The notes beneath the pieces are model-generated. The model made no database searches. It had not been told where the DNA came from and saw only the letters and a list, made by a program, of their open reading frames with translations. Below are positions 28,069 to 36,879 of a DNA stretch of 41,444 nucleotides, one piece after another. Source of the DNA: Desulfobacterales bacterium (GTDB taxonomy: Bacteria; Desulfobacterota; Desulfobacteria; Desulfobacterales; SG8-13); NCBI GenBank assembly GCA_049687935.1, contig JBAVJU010000210.1:1-41444 (forward strand), given 5' to 3'. A program made the translations under genes and the position numbers. The number at the start of each line of letters is the position of its first letter. Position 1 is the first letter of the stretch.

Positions 28069-28222
28069 GTATTCGAAATTCTATAATGTGGCAGTGGTTA
28101 TAGACCGCATGACTCGGCAGGTATTAAAACCGGCTATCCGTCGCCGTCGGACATCCGGCCGCAATCGACAAAATAATTGGAAATCTCTAACATGAGGCTA
28201 CAGATTAGTCAATGATGAATGC
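28069..28222 (+). ncRNA. ssrS: candidate 6S RNA (SsrS)
   Basis: Same strand as, and directly upstream of, 5-formyl-THF cyclo-ligase, which is the classical ssrS-ygfA linkage. Hand fold: about 25 bp of an interrupted closing helix between 28069-28104 and 28184-28222 (for example GTATTCG/TGAATGC, CTA/TAG, TGTGGC/GCTACA, GTTA.AG/CT.TAAC). Two unpaired strands of about 26 nt form a central bubble. A terminal hairpin spans 28130-28158 (CCGG.T.TCCG / CGGA.A.CCGG). Not verified with a covariance model. Confidence 0.35.
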
Positions 28223-28283
28223 AGGTTGACGTATTTCGGGGGTGCCTTTTAACCAATGAACTACGGGCGAGGGAACACCAGTT

Positions 28284-28871
28284 ATGGAAGAAATCCAGAA
28301 AACCAAGGCTGATATCAGAAAAGAGATTGCCGCTGCGATCGGCAGACTCTCCGTGAACGAACTGTCTGAAAAAACCAGTTTGATTGAAAACCGCCTTTTT
28401 GATTTCGCCAATTTTCTCGAAGCCAAGATTGCCCTGCTGTACATTGAGAATCCAAACGAAGTGAAGTCCACAGAAATTATCCGCCACACTTTCGACCAAA
28501 ACAAGATCGTCGTTCTTCCTCTGGTTAAAACCGACACCAAGAAATTTAAGCTGTTTAAAATTGACGACTTCGCAAAAGACTTGAAACCCGGCCAAAACGG
28601 CATCCTGCAACCGGACCCGGAAAGGTGTCGCACCGTGCCGATCGACTGCATCGATATCGCCATCATACCGGGAGTTGCTTTCGACGAAAAAGGCGGGAGA
28701 ATTGGATCGGGAGACGGATATTACGACCGGCTCATCCCGCACCTGCCGGTAACGACCCGCAAGGTGGCTCTGGCCCTGGACTGTCAAATCATTCCCCAAG
28801 TGCCGATCGACTCCCACGACAAGCACGTGGATATCATCATTACGGACAAACGCATCATCTACAAAATATGA
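28284..28871 (+). CDS. 5-formyltetrahydrofolate cyclo-ligase
   Basis: Family motif GVAFDEKGGRIGSGDGYYDR; 195 aa. Confidence 0.85.
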   Translation: MEEIQKTKADIRKEIAAAIGRLSVNELSEKTSLIENRLFDFANFLEAKIALLYIENPNEVKSTEIIRHTFDQNKIVVLPLVKTDTKKFKLFKIDDFAKDLKPGQNGILQPDPERCRTVPIDCIDIAIIPGVAFDEKGGRIGSGDGYYDRLIPHLPVTTRKVALALDCQIIPQVPIDSHDKHVDIIITDKRIIYKI

Positions 28872-29560
28872 ACCGAACGTTTTTCCGGATGGCGTGCATG
28901 ATAGAAAAAGAATCGACAAAATTTGATCGCCAGCGCGAAGAAATGGTCAAACGCCAGATTGAAACCCGCGGTATCACCGATCAGGGAGTCCTGGCGGCTC
29001 TGCGCAAGGTGCCCCGCCATCTCTTTGTCAGTGAAGCTTTGAGAGACCAGGCTTACGGTGATTTTCCCCTTCCCATCGGGGACCAGCAGACCATCTCGCA
29101 ACCATACATCGTTGCCGAGATGACTCAGGCACTTCAGCTTTCGGCAAACGACCGGGTGCTCGAAATCGGGACCGGATCGGGTTACCAGGCCGCCATTCTG
29201 GCGGAAATCGTCTATCGGGTCTACACCATCGAGCGCATCCATTCCCTTCTGATAAAAGCCCGTCGGATTTTCGACCGCCTCAGATATCACAACATTATCA
29301 CCCGCTTCGGTGACGGTACCGTCGGCTGGCTTGAAGAAAGTCCGTTTGACGCCATCATCGTCACCGCCGGTGCCCCGCGTATTCCCGATTCTCTGATGGA
29401 CCAGTTGGCCGAAAATGGACGAATGGTGGTTCCGGTCGGTGATCAGCACTCACAGGAATTGGTTAAAATATTAAAAAACCAAGACGGAATTCATCGCAGC
29501 AATCTCGGTGGCTGTCGCTTTGTCAAACTGGTCGGCGAAAAAGGTTGGAGCGACCGCTGA
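28868..29560 (+). CDS. pcm: protein-L-isoaspartate O-methyltransferase
   Basis: The ATG at 28868 overlaps the upstream stop (ATGA). Motifs VPRHLFV, TISQPYIVA and SAM motif VLEIGTGSGYQAAILA. The track start at 28625 lies inside the previous gene in another frame. Confidence 0.9.
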   Translation: MNRTFFRMACMIEKESTKFDRQREEMVKRQIETRGITDQGVLAALRKVPRHLFVSEALRDQAYGDFPLPIGDQQTISQPYIVAEMTQALQLSANDRVLEIGTGSGYQAAILAEIVYRVYTIERIHSLLIKARRIFDRLRYHNIITRFGDGTVGWLEESPFDAIIVTAGAPRIPDSLMDQLAENGRMVVPVGDQHSQELVKILKNQDGIHRSNLGGCRFVKLVGEKGWSDR

Positions 29561-30142
29561 ATGTTGCGCAAACTCTATGACTGGGTCCTGCATTGGGCCG
29601 AAACCCCCTACGGTTCATGGGCGCTTTTCCTGCTCGCTTTTAGCGAGTCTTCCTTTTTTCCGATTCCACCGGATGTCCTGTTGATTGCCCTCGCAGTTGC
29701 GATTCCCCGCAAATCATTTAAATTCGCCCTGATTTCATCAATCGGCTCGGTTCTCGGCGGCTGTATCGGTTATTTGATCGGTTGGCAGTTCATGCAGGGG
29801 ATCGGAGAAAAAATCATCGCTTTTTACGGGCTGACCGACAAGGTCGATTATATCGGCACTCTCTACCGGACATACGACGCATGGGCAATTGGTGTTGCCG
29901 GGTTCACCCCGATTCCTTACAAAGTGTTCACCATTGCCGCTGGCATGTTCGAAATCAATTTTATGGTTTTTTTTATTGCCTCGCTTGTGTCCCGCTCGGC
30001 CCGTTTCTTTCTTGTCGGCGGGTTGATTTATATTTTCGGATCCCGCATCCAGAGTTTCATCGACAAATATTTTAACATCCTGGCTGTGTCCTTTACGGTT
30101 TTATTGATCGCCGGCTTCATTATCCTCAAGCGCTTTTTCTAA
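29561..30142 (+). CDS. YqaA-family (DedA/SNARE-associated-like) inner membrane protein
   Basis: The start abuts the pcm stop. Polytopic, with the family pattern SWALFLLAFSESSFFPIPPDVLLIAL. Confidence 0.75.
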   Translation: MLRKLYDWVLHWAETPYGSWALFLLAFSESSFFPIPPDVLLIALAVAIPRKSFKFALISSIGSVLGGCIGYLIGWQFMQGIGEKIIAFYGLTDKVDYIGTLYRTYDAWAIGVAGFTPIPYKVFTIAAGMFEINFMVFFIASLVSRSARFFLVGGLIYIFGSRIQSFIDKYFNILAVSFTVLLIAGFIILKRFF

Positions 30143-31055
30143 GTCCACCCATGAGGTCCGTATCGGTCGCGGCTTGCACCAGGAAGGATACAAAAGCCTC
30201 GGCCGGTGGGGAAAGGCTGCGGTGTTTATGGCGGGTCAGATAAAAATGTCGTTTGAGATCCAGACCCTCGATCCGCAAAGCTTTGAGCGATCCGGCTTGC
30301 AATTGTTCGATGACAGCGATCGGAGAGACGATAGACAGGCCGATTTTACTTTTAACTCCCTGGACGACCGCTTCCGTGCTACCGAATTCGGCAACGATGT
30401 GAATGTCTTTTAGTCGATGGCCCTTTTTTTGGAGACTTTCTTCAATCGATTTTAAAGTACCGGAGCCCGGTTCGCGCACGATAAAGCTTTCTTGGAGCAG
30501 CATATCAAAAGTGACGCCGTTTTTGCCGTGCCAGCGGTGATCGGCCGGAATGATCAACCGCATTTCGTCTTCCACCAAGACGTGCTGCTCCAGTTTGCCG
30601 TTGGATGTTCGCGCACCGACCATCCCAAATTCAAGCTCTCCGGAGAGAATATCGGTGACGATTTTACCTGTGTCAGCCACTTTGAGGGATAAATAAACTT
30701 GCGGGTATTTTAATATAAAGCCGGCTGCAATTCGCGGTAAAATATGGCCGCCAGGGATGGTGCTGCCCCCAATGGTCAGATTGCCTTCGACGGCGCCTTT
30801 GAATTGGCTGAGAGCCTTTTCGGCTTCGTCCCTCAATGCAATCAGCCGCAGGGCATAGTGATAGAGAAGCTCGCCTTCTTTGGTGGGGACAGCCTCTTTG
30901 GCCAATCGATCGATCAACCGGCAGCCAAAATGATGTTCCAGGTCCTTTATGTGGCTGCTGACGGTCGGTTGCGACAGGTGGACCAGTTTTCCGGCCTTTG
31001 AAAAGCTCCCCTGTTCGACGATTTTACAAAAAATGGTCAGCTGCCAGAGGTCCAT
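30126..31055 (-). CDS. LysR-family transcriptional regulator
   Basis: MDLWQLTIFCKIVEQGSFSKAGKLVHLSQPTVSSHIKDLE is a canonical LysR HTH, followed by a substrate-binding domain. I prefer the ATG at 31055; the track extends to 31094. The 3' end overlaps the convergent yqaA-like gene by 17 nt. Confidence 0.85.
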   Translation of the reverse strand: MDLWQLTIFCKIVEQGSFSKAGKLVHLSQPTVSSHIKDLEHHFGCRLIDRLAKEAVPTKEGELLYHYALRLIALRDEAEKALSQFKGAVEGNLTIGGSTIPGGHILPRIAAGFILKYPQVYLSLKVADTGKIVTDILSGELEFGMVGARTSNGKLEQHVLVEDEMRLIIPADHRWHGKNGVTFDMLLQESFIVREPGSGTLKSIEESLQKKGHRLKDIHIVAEFGSTEAVVQGVKSKIGLSIVSPIAVIEQLQAGSLKALRIEGLDLKRHFYLTRHKHRSLSPPAEAFVSFLVQAATDTDLMGGLRKSA

Positions 31056-31115
31056 GATATCAATCGGGGCAGAGAAAGGAAGACCGAAACGCATCGTAAG
31101 ATGGCGGATTCGCCG

Positions 31116-31622
31116 TCAAGAACCATCCTGCTTTGGGCCGAATTTTATTTTAAGCTTTTTGAGCACGTTCGACGGCACCATGCCTTCGATGTTGCCTCCG
31201 AACCGGGCCGCTTCCTTGATAATGGAGGAGCTGGTAAAAATCCAGCGCAGACCGGTCATCAAAAAAACCGTCTGGATTTCACGGTCGAGGCGGCGGTTCA
31301 TAAGGGCCATCTGGAACTCATACTCGAAATCCGAAACGGCCCGCATGCCGCGCAAAATCGCTTGGGCTTTGCGTTTGGCTGCATAGTCCACCAAAAGACC
31401 GTCGTAACGATCGATTTCGATATGCGCTAGGCTCTTCATGCTCTCCCGGAGCATGCCCAGCCGTTCTTCCACTGAAAAAAGGGTTTCTTTTCCGGGGTTG
31501 TACAAAATGGTGACGATGATCTTATCGAACAGTTTCAGTCCCCGCTTGACGATGTCCAGGTGACCGTTGGTAACCGGATCGAAAGACCCCGGATATATCG
31601 CAACTCTCGCCATAGCCTTCAT
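31116..31622 (-). CDS. coaD: pantetheine-phosphate adenylyltransferase
   Basis: YPGSFDPVTNGHLDIV (the T/HxGH nucleotidyltransferase motif); 165-168 aa. An alternative start (MARVA) is at 31613. Confidence 0.9.
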   Translation of the reverse strand: MKAMARVAIYPGSFDPVTNGHLDIVKRGLKLFDKIIVTILYNPGKETLFSVEERLGMLRESMKSLAHIEIDRYDGLLVDYAAKRKAQAILRGMRAVSDFEYEFQMALMNRRLDREIQTVFLMTGLRWIFTSSSIIKEAARFGGNIEGMVPSNVLKKLKIKFGPKQDGS

Positions 31623-31890
31623 CCACGACTTTTTGAGTTAGTGCCCAACCACGGCTGCATTAAGAGCACGGATCAGTTTCCGATCCAGAAGTGTGAAATT
31701 TTCTGCCGATTCAAGGAAATCAAGAAATTGCGCTAAAGCCTTGTCCCGTGGGCCGCACAAGTGATTTTGCAGACCCGTCACGTCTCCGACCCGCTCTTGG
31801 TGAGGCCTCCGGCGTGATGTGCGCCGCGAGTGCAGAAAAGAGCCATTTGCCGGCAGCAATAAAAAGGTGCCGGGGCGGCTGGTTTGGCGT

Positions 31891-32445
31891 TCATAGCACA
31901 CATTCTAAAAACGAAACAAGGGTTTTTCCGTAGCGTCTCTGGTCGTGATGTACATAGCCCTCCAGGTCGAACGGAAGCGGCTCGTGCACGGAGTGTTCGA
32001 GAATCAGACAGTGGCCGGGTGCCAGGCAAGGGTTGCGCCGGAGTAAATCCAGGGCGTTTCGGACAAAACCTCGGTTATAAGGCGGGTCCATGAATACGAG
32101 GTCGAACCGTGTCTGCGCCACTGGAATTCTGTCGAGGCCGCGGGATATATCACCGAGGATGACCCGTGCCCGGTCCAGGAGCCGGCACATCTCCAGATTG
32201 CGATAGATGACAGTTACAGCCGCACGGCTGTTGTCGATGAAAACGGCCGCGCGTGCTTGGCGGCTCAGTGCTTCAATGCCGAACGCGCCGGTACCGGCAA
32301 ACAGGTCCAGCACCACGGCGTTTGGAACCCGTACAGCGATGATATTGAAGATCGACTCCCGCAGCCGGTCGGCTGTCGGCCGAATCGCCGAGCCGCTCAA
32401 AGAAGCCAGATTTTTTCCTCTCAGGCTTCCGCCGATAATGCGCAA
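31891..32445 (-). CDS. rsmD: 16S rRNA (guanine966-N2)-methyltransferase RsmD
   Basis: MRIIGGSLRGKNL...RPTADRLRESIFN, SAM motif LDLFAGTGAFGIEALS and catalytic DPPY. Confidence 0.85.
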   Translation of the reverse strand: MRIIGGSLRGKNLASLSGSAIRPTADRLRESIFNIIAVRVPNAVVLDLFAGTGAFGIEALSRQARAAVFIDNSRAAVTVIYRNLEMCRLLDRARVILGDISRGLDRIPVAQTRFDLVFMDPPYNRGFVRNALDLLRRNPCLAPGHCLILEHSVHEPLPFDLEGYVHHDQRRYGKTLVSFLECVL

Positions 32446-32477
32446 ATGAAATTTTCCTCAACCGATAAGGAGCAAGG

Positions 32478-33836
32478 TTACCTGATGATCTCGTTTATTT
32501 TCTTATGCAAGTAACTGCGTCCGACGCCGAGTATTTTTGCGGTCCTGGTTATATTGTTTTTGTTTTCTTCGAGCTTCTTTTGAATGTATTCTCTTTCAAA
32601 GACCTTCTTGGCTTCCTTCAAATTATCGATGGCCAGCAGTTCGGATTCACCGAGAACGGCCTCGAGGCCTGCTGCGGGATTATAGGGTTCGGGTAAGTCT
32701 CCGATGTCGATAATTTCTTTTTCAACCATTATGGCCAGGCGTTCCACCAAATTTTTCAATTCGCGAACGTTTCCCGGCCAAGCGTAATAGCGGAGCAGAT
32801 CGAGTGCACCGGGAGTCATCTTCTTTTTTTCCTTTTGACTTTGCTTTGCAAATTCCTCGAAGAAGATGTCGACCAGCAGCGGGATATCCTCGGTTCGGCT
32901 CCGCAGCGCCGGCACCTCGATCGGCACGACGTTCAGACGATAGAACAAATCCCCCCTGAATGTCCCTTCTTCAATTTCTTTTTCGAGTTCTTTGTTGGTG
33001 GCGGCAATGACGCGAACATCCACGGTGATGGTGCGATTGCCTCCCAATCGGTTGAACTTCTGCTCCTCAAGCACGCGCAGCATTTTTGACTGCGTTTTCA
33101 AGCTCATGTCGCCGATTTCATCCAGAAATATGGTCCCGCCGTTTGCCAATTCGAATTTTCCTCTTTTTTTCACAGTGGCACCCGGAAAAGCGCCCTTTTC
33201 ATGTCCGAATAGTTCACTTTCGATCAGTTCTTCCGGGATGGCGGCACAGTTGACGGTAATCAAGGGTTGCTCGACACGCCGGCTGAGTTGATGGATAGTG
33301 CGGGCTATGAGTTCTTTACCCGTTCCATTTTCGCCCTTTATCAGGATCCAAGTGTCCGTCGGGGCAGCCACGGCGACCTGTTTTTTGAGCAACTGGATCG
33401 GCGGACTGTTTCCGCTGATGGAATTCTTCTCGATCATCTTCTTCCGCAGATAGCGGTTCTCTTCTTCGAGTCGGCGATAATTCAAGGCGTTGTTGATCGC
33501 GAGTATAATCTTGTCGATGGAAAGGGGCTTTTCGATCAGGTCATATGCACCAATTTTGGTGGCCTTTACGGCCGTTTCGATCGTCCCGTGTCCGGTGATG
33601 ATGATCACCTGAATGAAGGGGTTGTTCTTTTTGATTTCCTGTAAGGTGTCGATGCCGTCCAGGCCCGGCATCCAGATATCGAGGAGCACAAGGTCGGGTG
33701 ATTCGCTTTCAATTGTTTTCAGGGCCTCGTAGCCGTTGGATGCGGTGCGGACGTCGAAGCCCTCGTCGGTTAGAAGCCCCGCCAGAGACTGCAGAATCGA
33801 AGGTTCGTCATCAACGATCAATATGGAAGGATTCAT
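32478..33836 (-). CDS. NtrC-family response regulator, NtrX-like, with a variant sigma-54 contact loop (GAFPGA)
   Basis: Receiver domain (ILIVDDE...DLVLLDIWMP), AAA+ domain with Walker A GENGTGKE and Walker B IFLDEIG, and a Fis-type HTH (TAKILGVGRSYLHKKI). The loop reads GAFPGA instead of GAFTGA (codon CCG; plus-strand coordinates 33187-33204). Confidence 0.85.
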   Translation of the reverse strand: MNPSILIVDDEPSILQSLAGLLTDEGFDVRTASNGYEALKTIESESPDLVLLDIWMPGLDGIDTLQEIKKNNPFIQVIIITGHGTIETAVKATKIGAYDLIEKPLSIDKIILAINNALNYRRLEEENRYLRKKMIEKNSISGNSPPIQLLKKQVAVAAPTDTWILIKGENGTGKELIARTIHQLSRRVEQPLITVNCAAIPEELIESELFGHEKGAFPGATVKKRGKFELANGGTIFLDEIGDMSLKTQSKMLRVLEEQKFNRLGGNRTITVDVRVIAATNKELEKEIEEGTFRGDLFYRLNVVPIEVPALRSRTEDIPLLVDIFFEEFAKQSQKEKKKMTPGALDLLRYYAWPGNVRELKNLVERLAIMVEKEIIDIGDLPEPYNPAAGLEAVLGESELLAIDNLKEAKKVFEREYIQKKLEENKNNITRTAKILGVGRSYLHKKINEIIR

Positions 33837-33913
33837 TCTCTGAACTCCTTGAAGAAGTTATCCGGCAACGAATTCTACCCGTTGCCGTTAATCCAAACCG
33901 GACCCGTTACCGG

Positions 33914-36199
33914 TTAGACCGGCAGTTCGATAACGAACTTGGCCCCTGTGGGCTGATGATCCTGGACGCTTATGACACCGTTGTGGTCTCCGACAATGGT
34001 GCTGACGATTGTCAGACCCAGCCCCATACCGGCCTTCTTGGTGGAAAAATTGGGTTCGAACAACCGGGTCTTGTCGGCATCCGAAATACCGGGACCGTTG
34101 TCGGCCACTTCGATGCGGACCCGATTTAAAATTGAATCATGGGTCGATGTGATCGCAATTTCACCCCGGCCCTTGATGGCCGCAATAGCGTTTTCCAGAA
34201 GATTGATCATGGCCTGCTTGATCTGTTTACGGTCCAGGTTCATGATCGGAATGGCGTCGGTCAACCCGGTTTCGAAACGAATATCAGGGTGCCCATCTTT
34301 GTAGAGGGCTACGGTTTCCTCGATGATGGGCAGCAGTTCGCACGGTTTGAGATCAACACTCGGAAATTTGGCAAATGCTGAAAACTCGTTAACCAGGTTG
34401 CGAATCAATTCCACGTGGTCGATGATCATCCGAATGCATTCGTCGAAAACAGGGTCTTCGTGGTCTTTGGCGAATTTTCGTTTGAGCCGTTGGGCCGAGA
34501 GGGTGATCGGTGTCAGCGGATTTTTAACTTCATGCGCGATCCGGCGGGCCACCTCGCGCCAGGCTGCCATCCGCTGCGCTCTTTCCATCTCCGTAAGATC
34601 ATCGAACACCATCACGATGCCCATGGGGTTGCCGGCATCGTCCTTAAGTGCATTAATGTTGGTCAAAAAGCTGCGCGTCCGTCCATCGATGATCAACCGC
34701 AGAGGCAGCTGAAGGGCATCGTTTTTTGAGAGCGACAGGCTGTCCATGATTTCACGGGCCAGACCGCGGAACTGACCGTCCAGCAAGTGTTCATAACTGT
34801 GGTTAAGGACATCGTCGACTCTGAGACCCAGCATTTGAGCCGCCGAGGTGTTGATCGTCTTGATGACGCCGCCGGCATCGAGGGTGATGACGCCGGCAGA
34901 AACATTTTTCAAAACGATTTCCATGTACTGACGCTTCTCCTCGATTTCGACGTTCTGCTGCTGTAGCATGCGGGCGGAGAGCTCCAGTTGCTCGCGGCTG
35001 ATGCGCAAATCTCGCGTCATTTTGTTGAAGGATTCCACCAGGCTTCCGATCTCATCGTCCGCAACCCGCTCGATCGTAAAGCCCAACTCACCCTCGGCCA
35101 CCCGACGGGTGCCTTCGGCCAACTCTTTTATGGGAATACTGATAGAGCGAGCAAGATAAAATCCGAACCAGATGGCACAAAAAAGAACCAAAAGGGCCAC
35201 AATGGATAGAACAATGTAATAGGTGTTCTGGATCGGCTTTTTGAGCAATTTTATCTGCTGGTATTCTTCGAACCCGCGCGTAATCGACTTCATGCTCTGA
35301 GAGATGTCCGGCACCAGCAGAATGGACAGGCCCAGAAATCCTTTGACCTGCTCGCGCCGGACTCCAAAAGGAATCGTTCCCATGGTCCGGATCAACTCCC
35401 CCTTGGAGATGTTTTCCGAAAAGGTCCAAATACTCTCCGGAACGATGTCCTCCAGGAGTTTGTCGGTCGGTATGACACCGAAAGTCGTATTTTCGAGGTC
35501 CTCGGAAAGTGAAAACGTCAGGCGCTTGGCATTGACGTCGTATACCTCGACCGCAGCGATATTGAACTCGCGTTGGACAACCCGGATGTAACGCGAAAGC
35601 GCGTCGATATTCTGGGGTTTTAAAAGGTCTTTCTTGGCAATCTGGTAGGCCGCCCGTTCGATAAGGAACCGACAGTTGGTCTCGGCTTGTTTGTAGACAC
35701 TGCGGCCGACCGTCAGAGAGTTTTCCAGCGCCTGTTCCACCGGAACGTTGAACCAGAATTCGAGGCTGGTGGTGATGAAGTTGATTGAAAAGAAAAATAG
35801 GACAATCGTCGGCAGGAGCGTGAGCGCAATGAAGGCAACCGTCAAACGAGTGCGCAGCCTGGCCCCCATGACGTTGCGCTTGCGTTCATAGAGCAGCTTG
35901 ACCAGGTTGCGGAAGACCAGAAAAATCAGCAGGATCAGCAGAAGAAGGTTGATGTTGATGAGAATGAACATCAGGACGGTATTTGATACCGGTATGTCAG
36001 ATCCGAAGTGAATGACACGGAACTCGGCCAACGTCAGAAAGGCGACAACAATGGTGATGACAACGATCAGCACACCTTCGCGTTTGCGTCGCTTCCTGTC
36101 GGCCTGGGCCGGTGTCAGTGAAAGTGGCCTGTTGATTCTGCTGGTGTCATCCATGGTAAAAAGGGGAGCAGTCGCATAAATTGTGCAGGAAACCGGCAC
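33914..36199 (-). CDS. NtrY-like sensor histidine kinase (multi-TM, HAMP, PAS, HisKA, HATPase)
   Basis: N-terminal polytopic region, a HAMP-like segment (ISIPIKELAEGTRRVAEGEL), a PAS region, H-box AHEVKNPLTPI (NtrY-type), and N/G boxes (DNGPGI, GMGLGL). The codon at 36199 is GTG; an alternative ATG is at 36154. Confidence 0.85.
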   Translation of the reverse strand: MPVSCTIYATAPLFTMDDTSRINRPLSLTPAQADRKRRKREGVLIVVITIVVAFLTLAEFRVIHFGSDIPVSNTVLMFILININLLLLILLIFLVFRNLVKLLYERKRNVMGARLRTRLTVAFIALTLLPTIVLFFFSINFITTSLEFWFNVPVEQALENSLTVGRSVYKQAETNCRFLIERAAYQIAKKDLLKPQNIDALSRYIRVVQREFNIAAVEVYDVNAKRLTFSLSEDLENTTFGVIPTDKLLEDIVPESIWTFSENISKGELIRTMGTIPFGVRREQVKGFLGLSILLVPDISQSMKSITRGFEEYQQIKLLKKPIQNTYYIVLSIVALLVLFCAIWFGFYLARSISIPIKELAEGTRRVAEGELGFTIERVADDEIGSLVESFNKMTRDLRISREQLELSARMLQQQNVEIEEKRQYMEIVLKNVSAGVITLDAGGVIKTINTSAAQMLGLRVDDVLNHSYEHLLDGQFRGLAREIMDSLSLSKNDALQLPLRLIIDGRTRSFLTNINALKDDAGNPMGIVMVFDDLTEMERAQRMAAWREVARRIAHEVKNPLTPITLSAQRLKRKFAKDHEDPVFDECIRMIIDHVELIRNLVNEFSAFAKFPSVDLKPCELLPIIEETVALYKDGHPDIRFETGLTDAIPIMNLDRKQIKQAMINLLENAIAAIKGRGEIAITSTHDSILNRVRIEVADNGPGISDADKTRLFEPNFSTKKAGMGLGLTIVSTIVGDHNGVISVQDHQPTGAKFVIELPV

Positions 36200-36215
36200 C
36201 CGAGATCATCTTGAG

Positions 36216-36776
36216 CTAATAGATGAAATCGATCGTATACCAATCGGTTTGGACATCCCATAGTGAAAAGAGAATGTAGTGGAGATAGAGCGGCAAGGTC
36301 AGCTTGCTGACCTCGGCCATTGCACGGATTTGATACTGTCGTCCTTTTTCGAGTTCCTTCAATGGATAGACGTTCAAGGCATCGACTTCAGTCATCCATT
36401 GCTGTGCCTGCGAAAAAGAATGGGTGATAACCGGAGCACCTTCTTTCCACGATCGTTTGACGGTGAATTCCTTCTTCAGGTTGTCGTATTTGATCGTGTG
36501 GGTCAATTCGATATCGACGATATTTTTATCGACCCACCAGTTGCGGACGCGGTAGAGACTGATATAAAAAACAAACGTTGCCGCAACACCGCTCAGGATG
36601 GCCTCCTTGAGTTTATCGGTGAAGGCGTCTTCTAGAGTGAGGTACAAAAGGAGATCGTCACGCGTGTTTGATACGGTCATGTGCGTTAACCGGGCGTCCT
36701 CGGCAGCCACCGGTTCAACAGCATGCCATAGCAGGCAGACCATTAAGATGAATATAATGCCGGCATTGCGGCCCAT
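36216..36776 (-). CDS. secreted protein of unknown function (DUF4390-like by position; recalled, not verified)
   Basis: The ATG at 36776 has an AGGA RBS 7 nt upstream and a signal-peptide-like N-terminus (MGRNAGIIFILMVCLLWHAVEPVAA). It lies immediately upstream of the NtrY-like kinase, as DUF4390 genes do in betaproteobacteria. The track start at 36824 adds 16 aa. Confidence 0.6.
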   Translation of the reverse strand: MGRNAGIIFILMVCLLWHAVEPVAAEDARLTHMTVSNTRDDLLLYLTLEDAFTDKLKEAILSGVAATFVFYISLYRVRNWWVDKNIVDIELTHTIKYDNLKKEFTVKRSWKEGAPVITHSFSQAQQWMTEVDALNVYPLKELEKGRQYQIRAMAEVSKLTLPLYLHYILFSLWDVQTDWYTIDFIY

Positions 36777-36879
36777 AAAATATCCTATATTGCAGCCTGC
36801 ACATCGGGCCGTGAAGGCGTACAAGCACCTTTAGAGAATCGAGGTTAGCAACGATCTTTGAAATATAACTAAAACCTAT

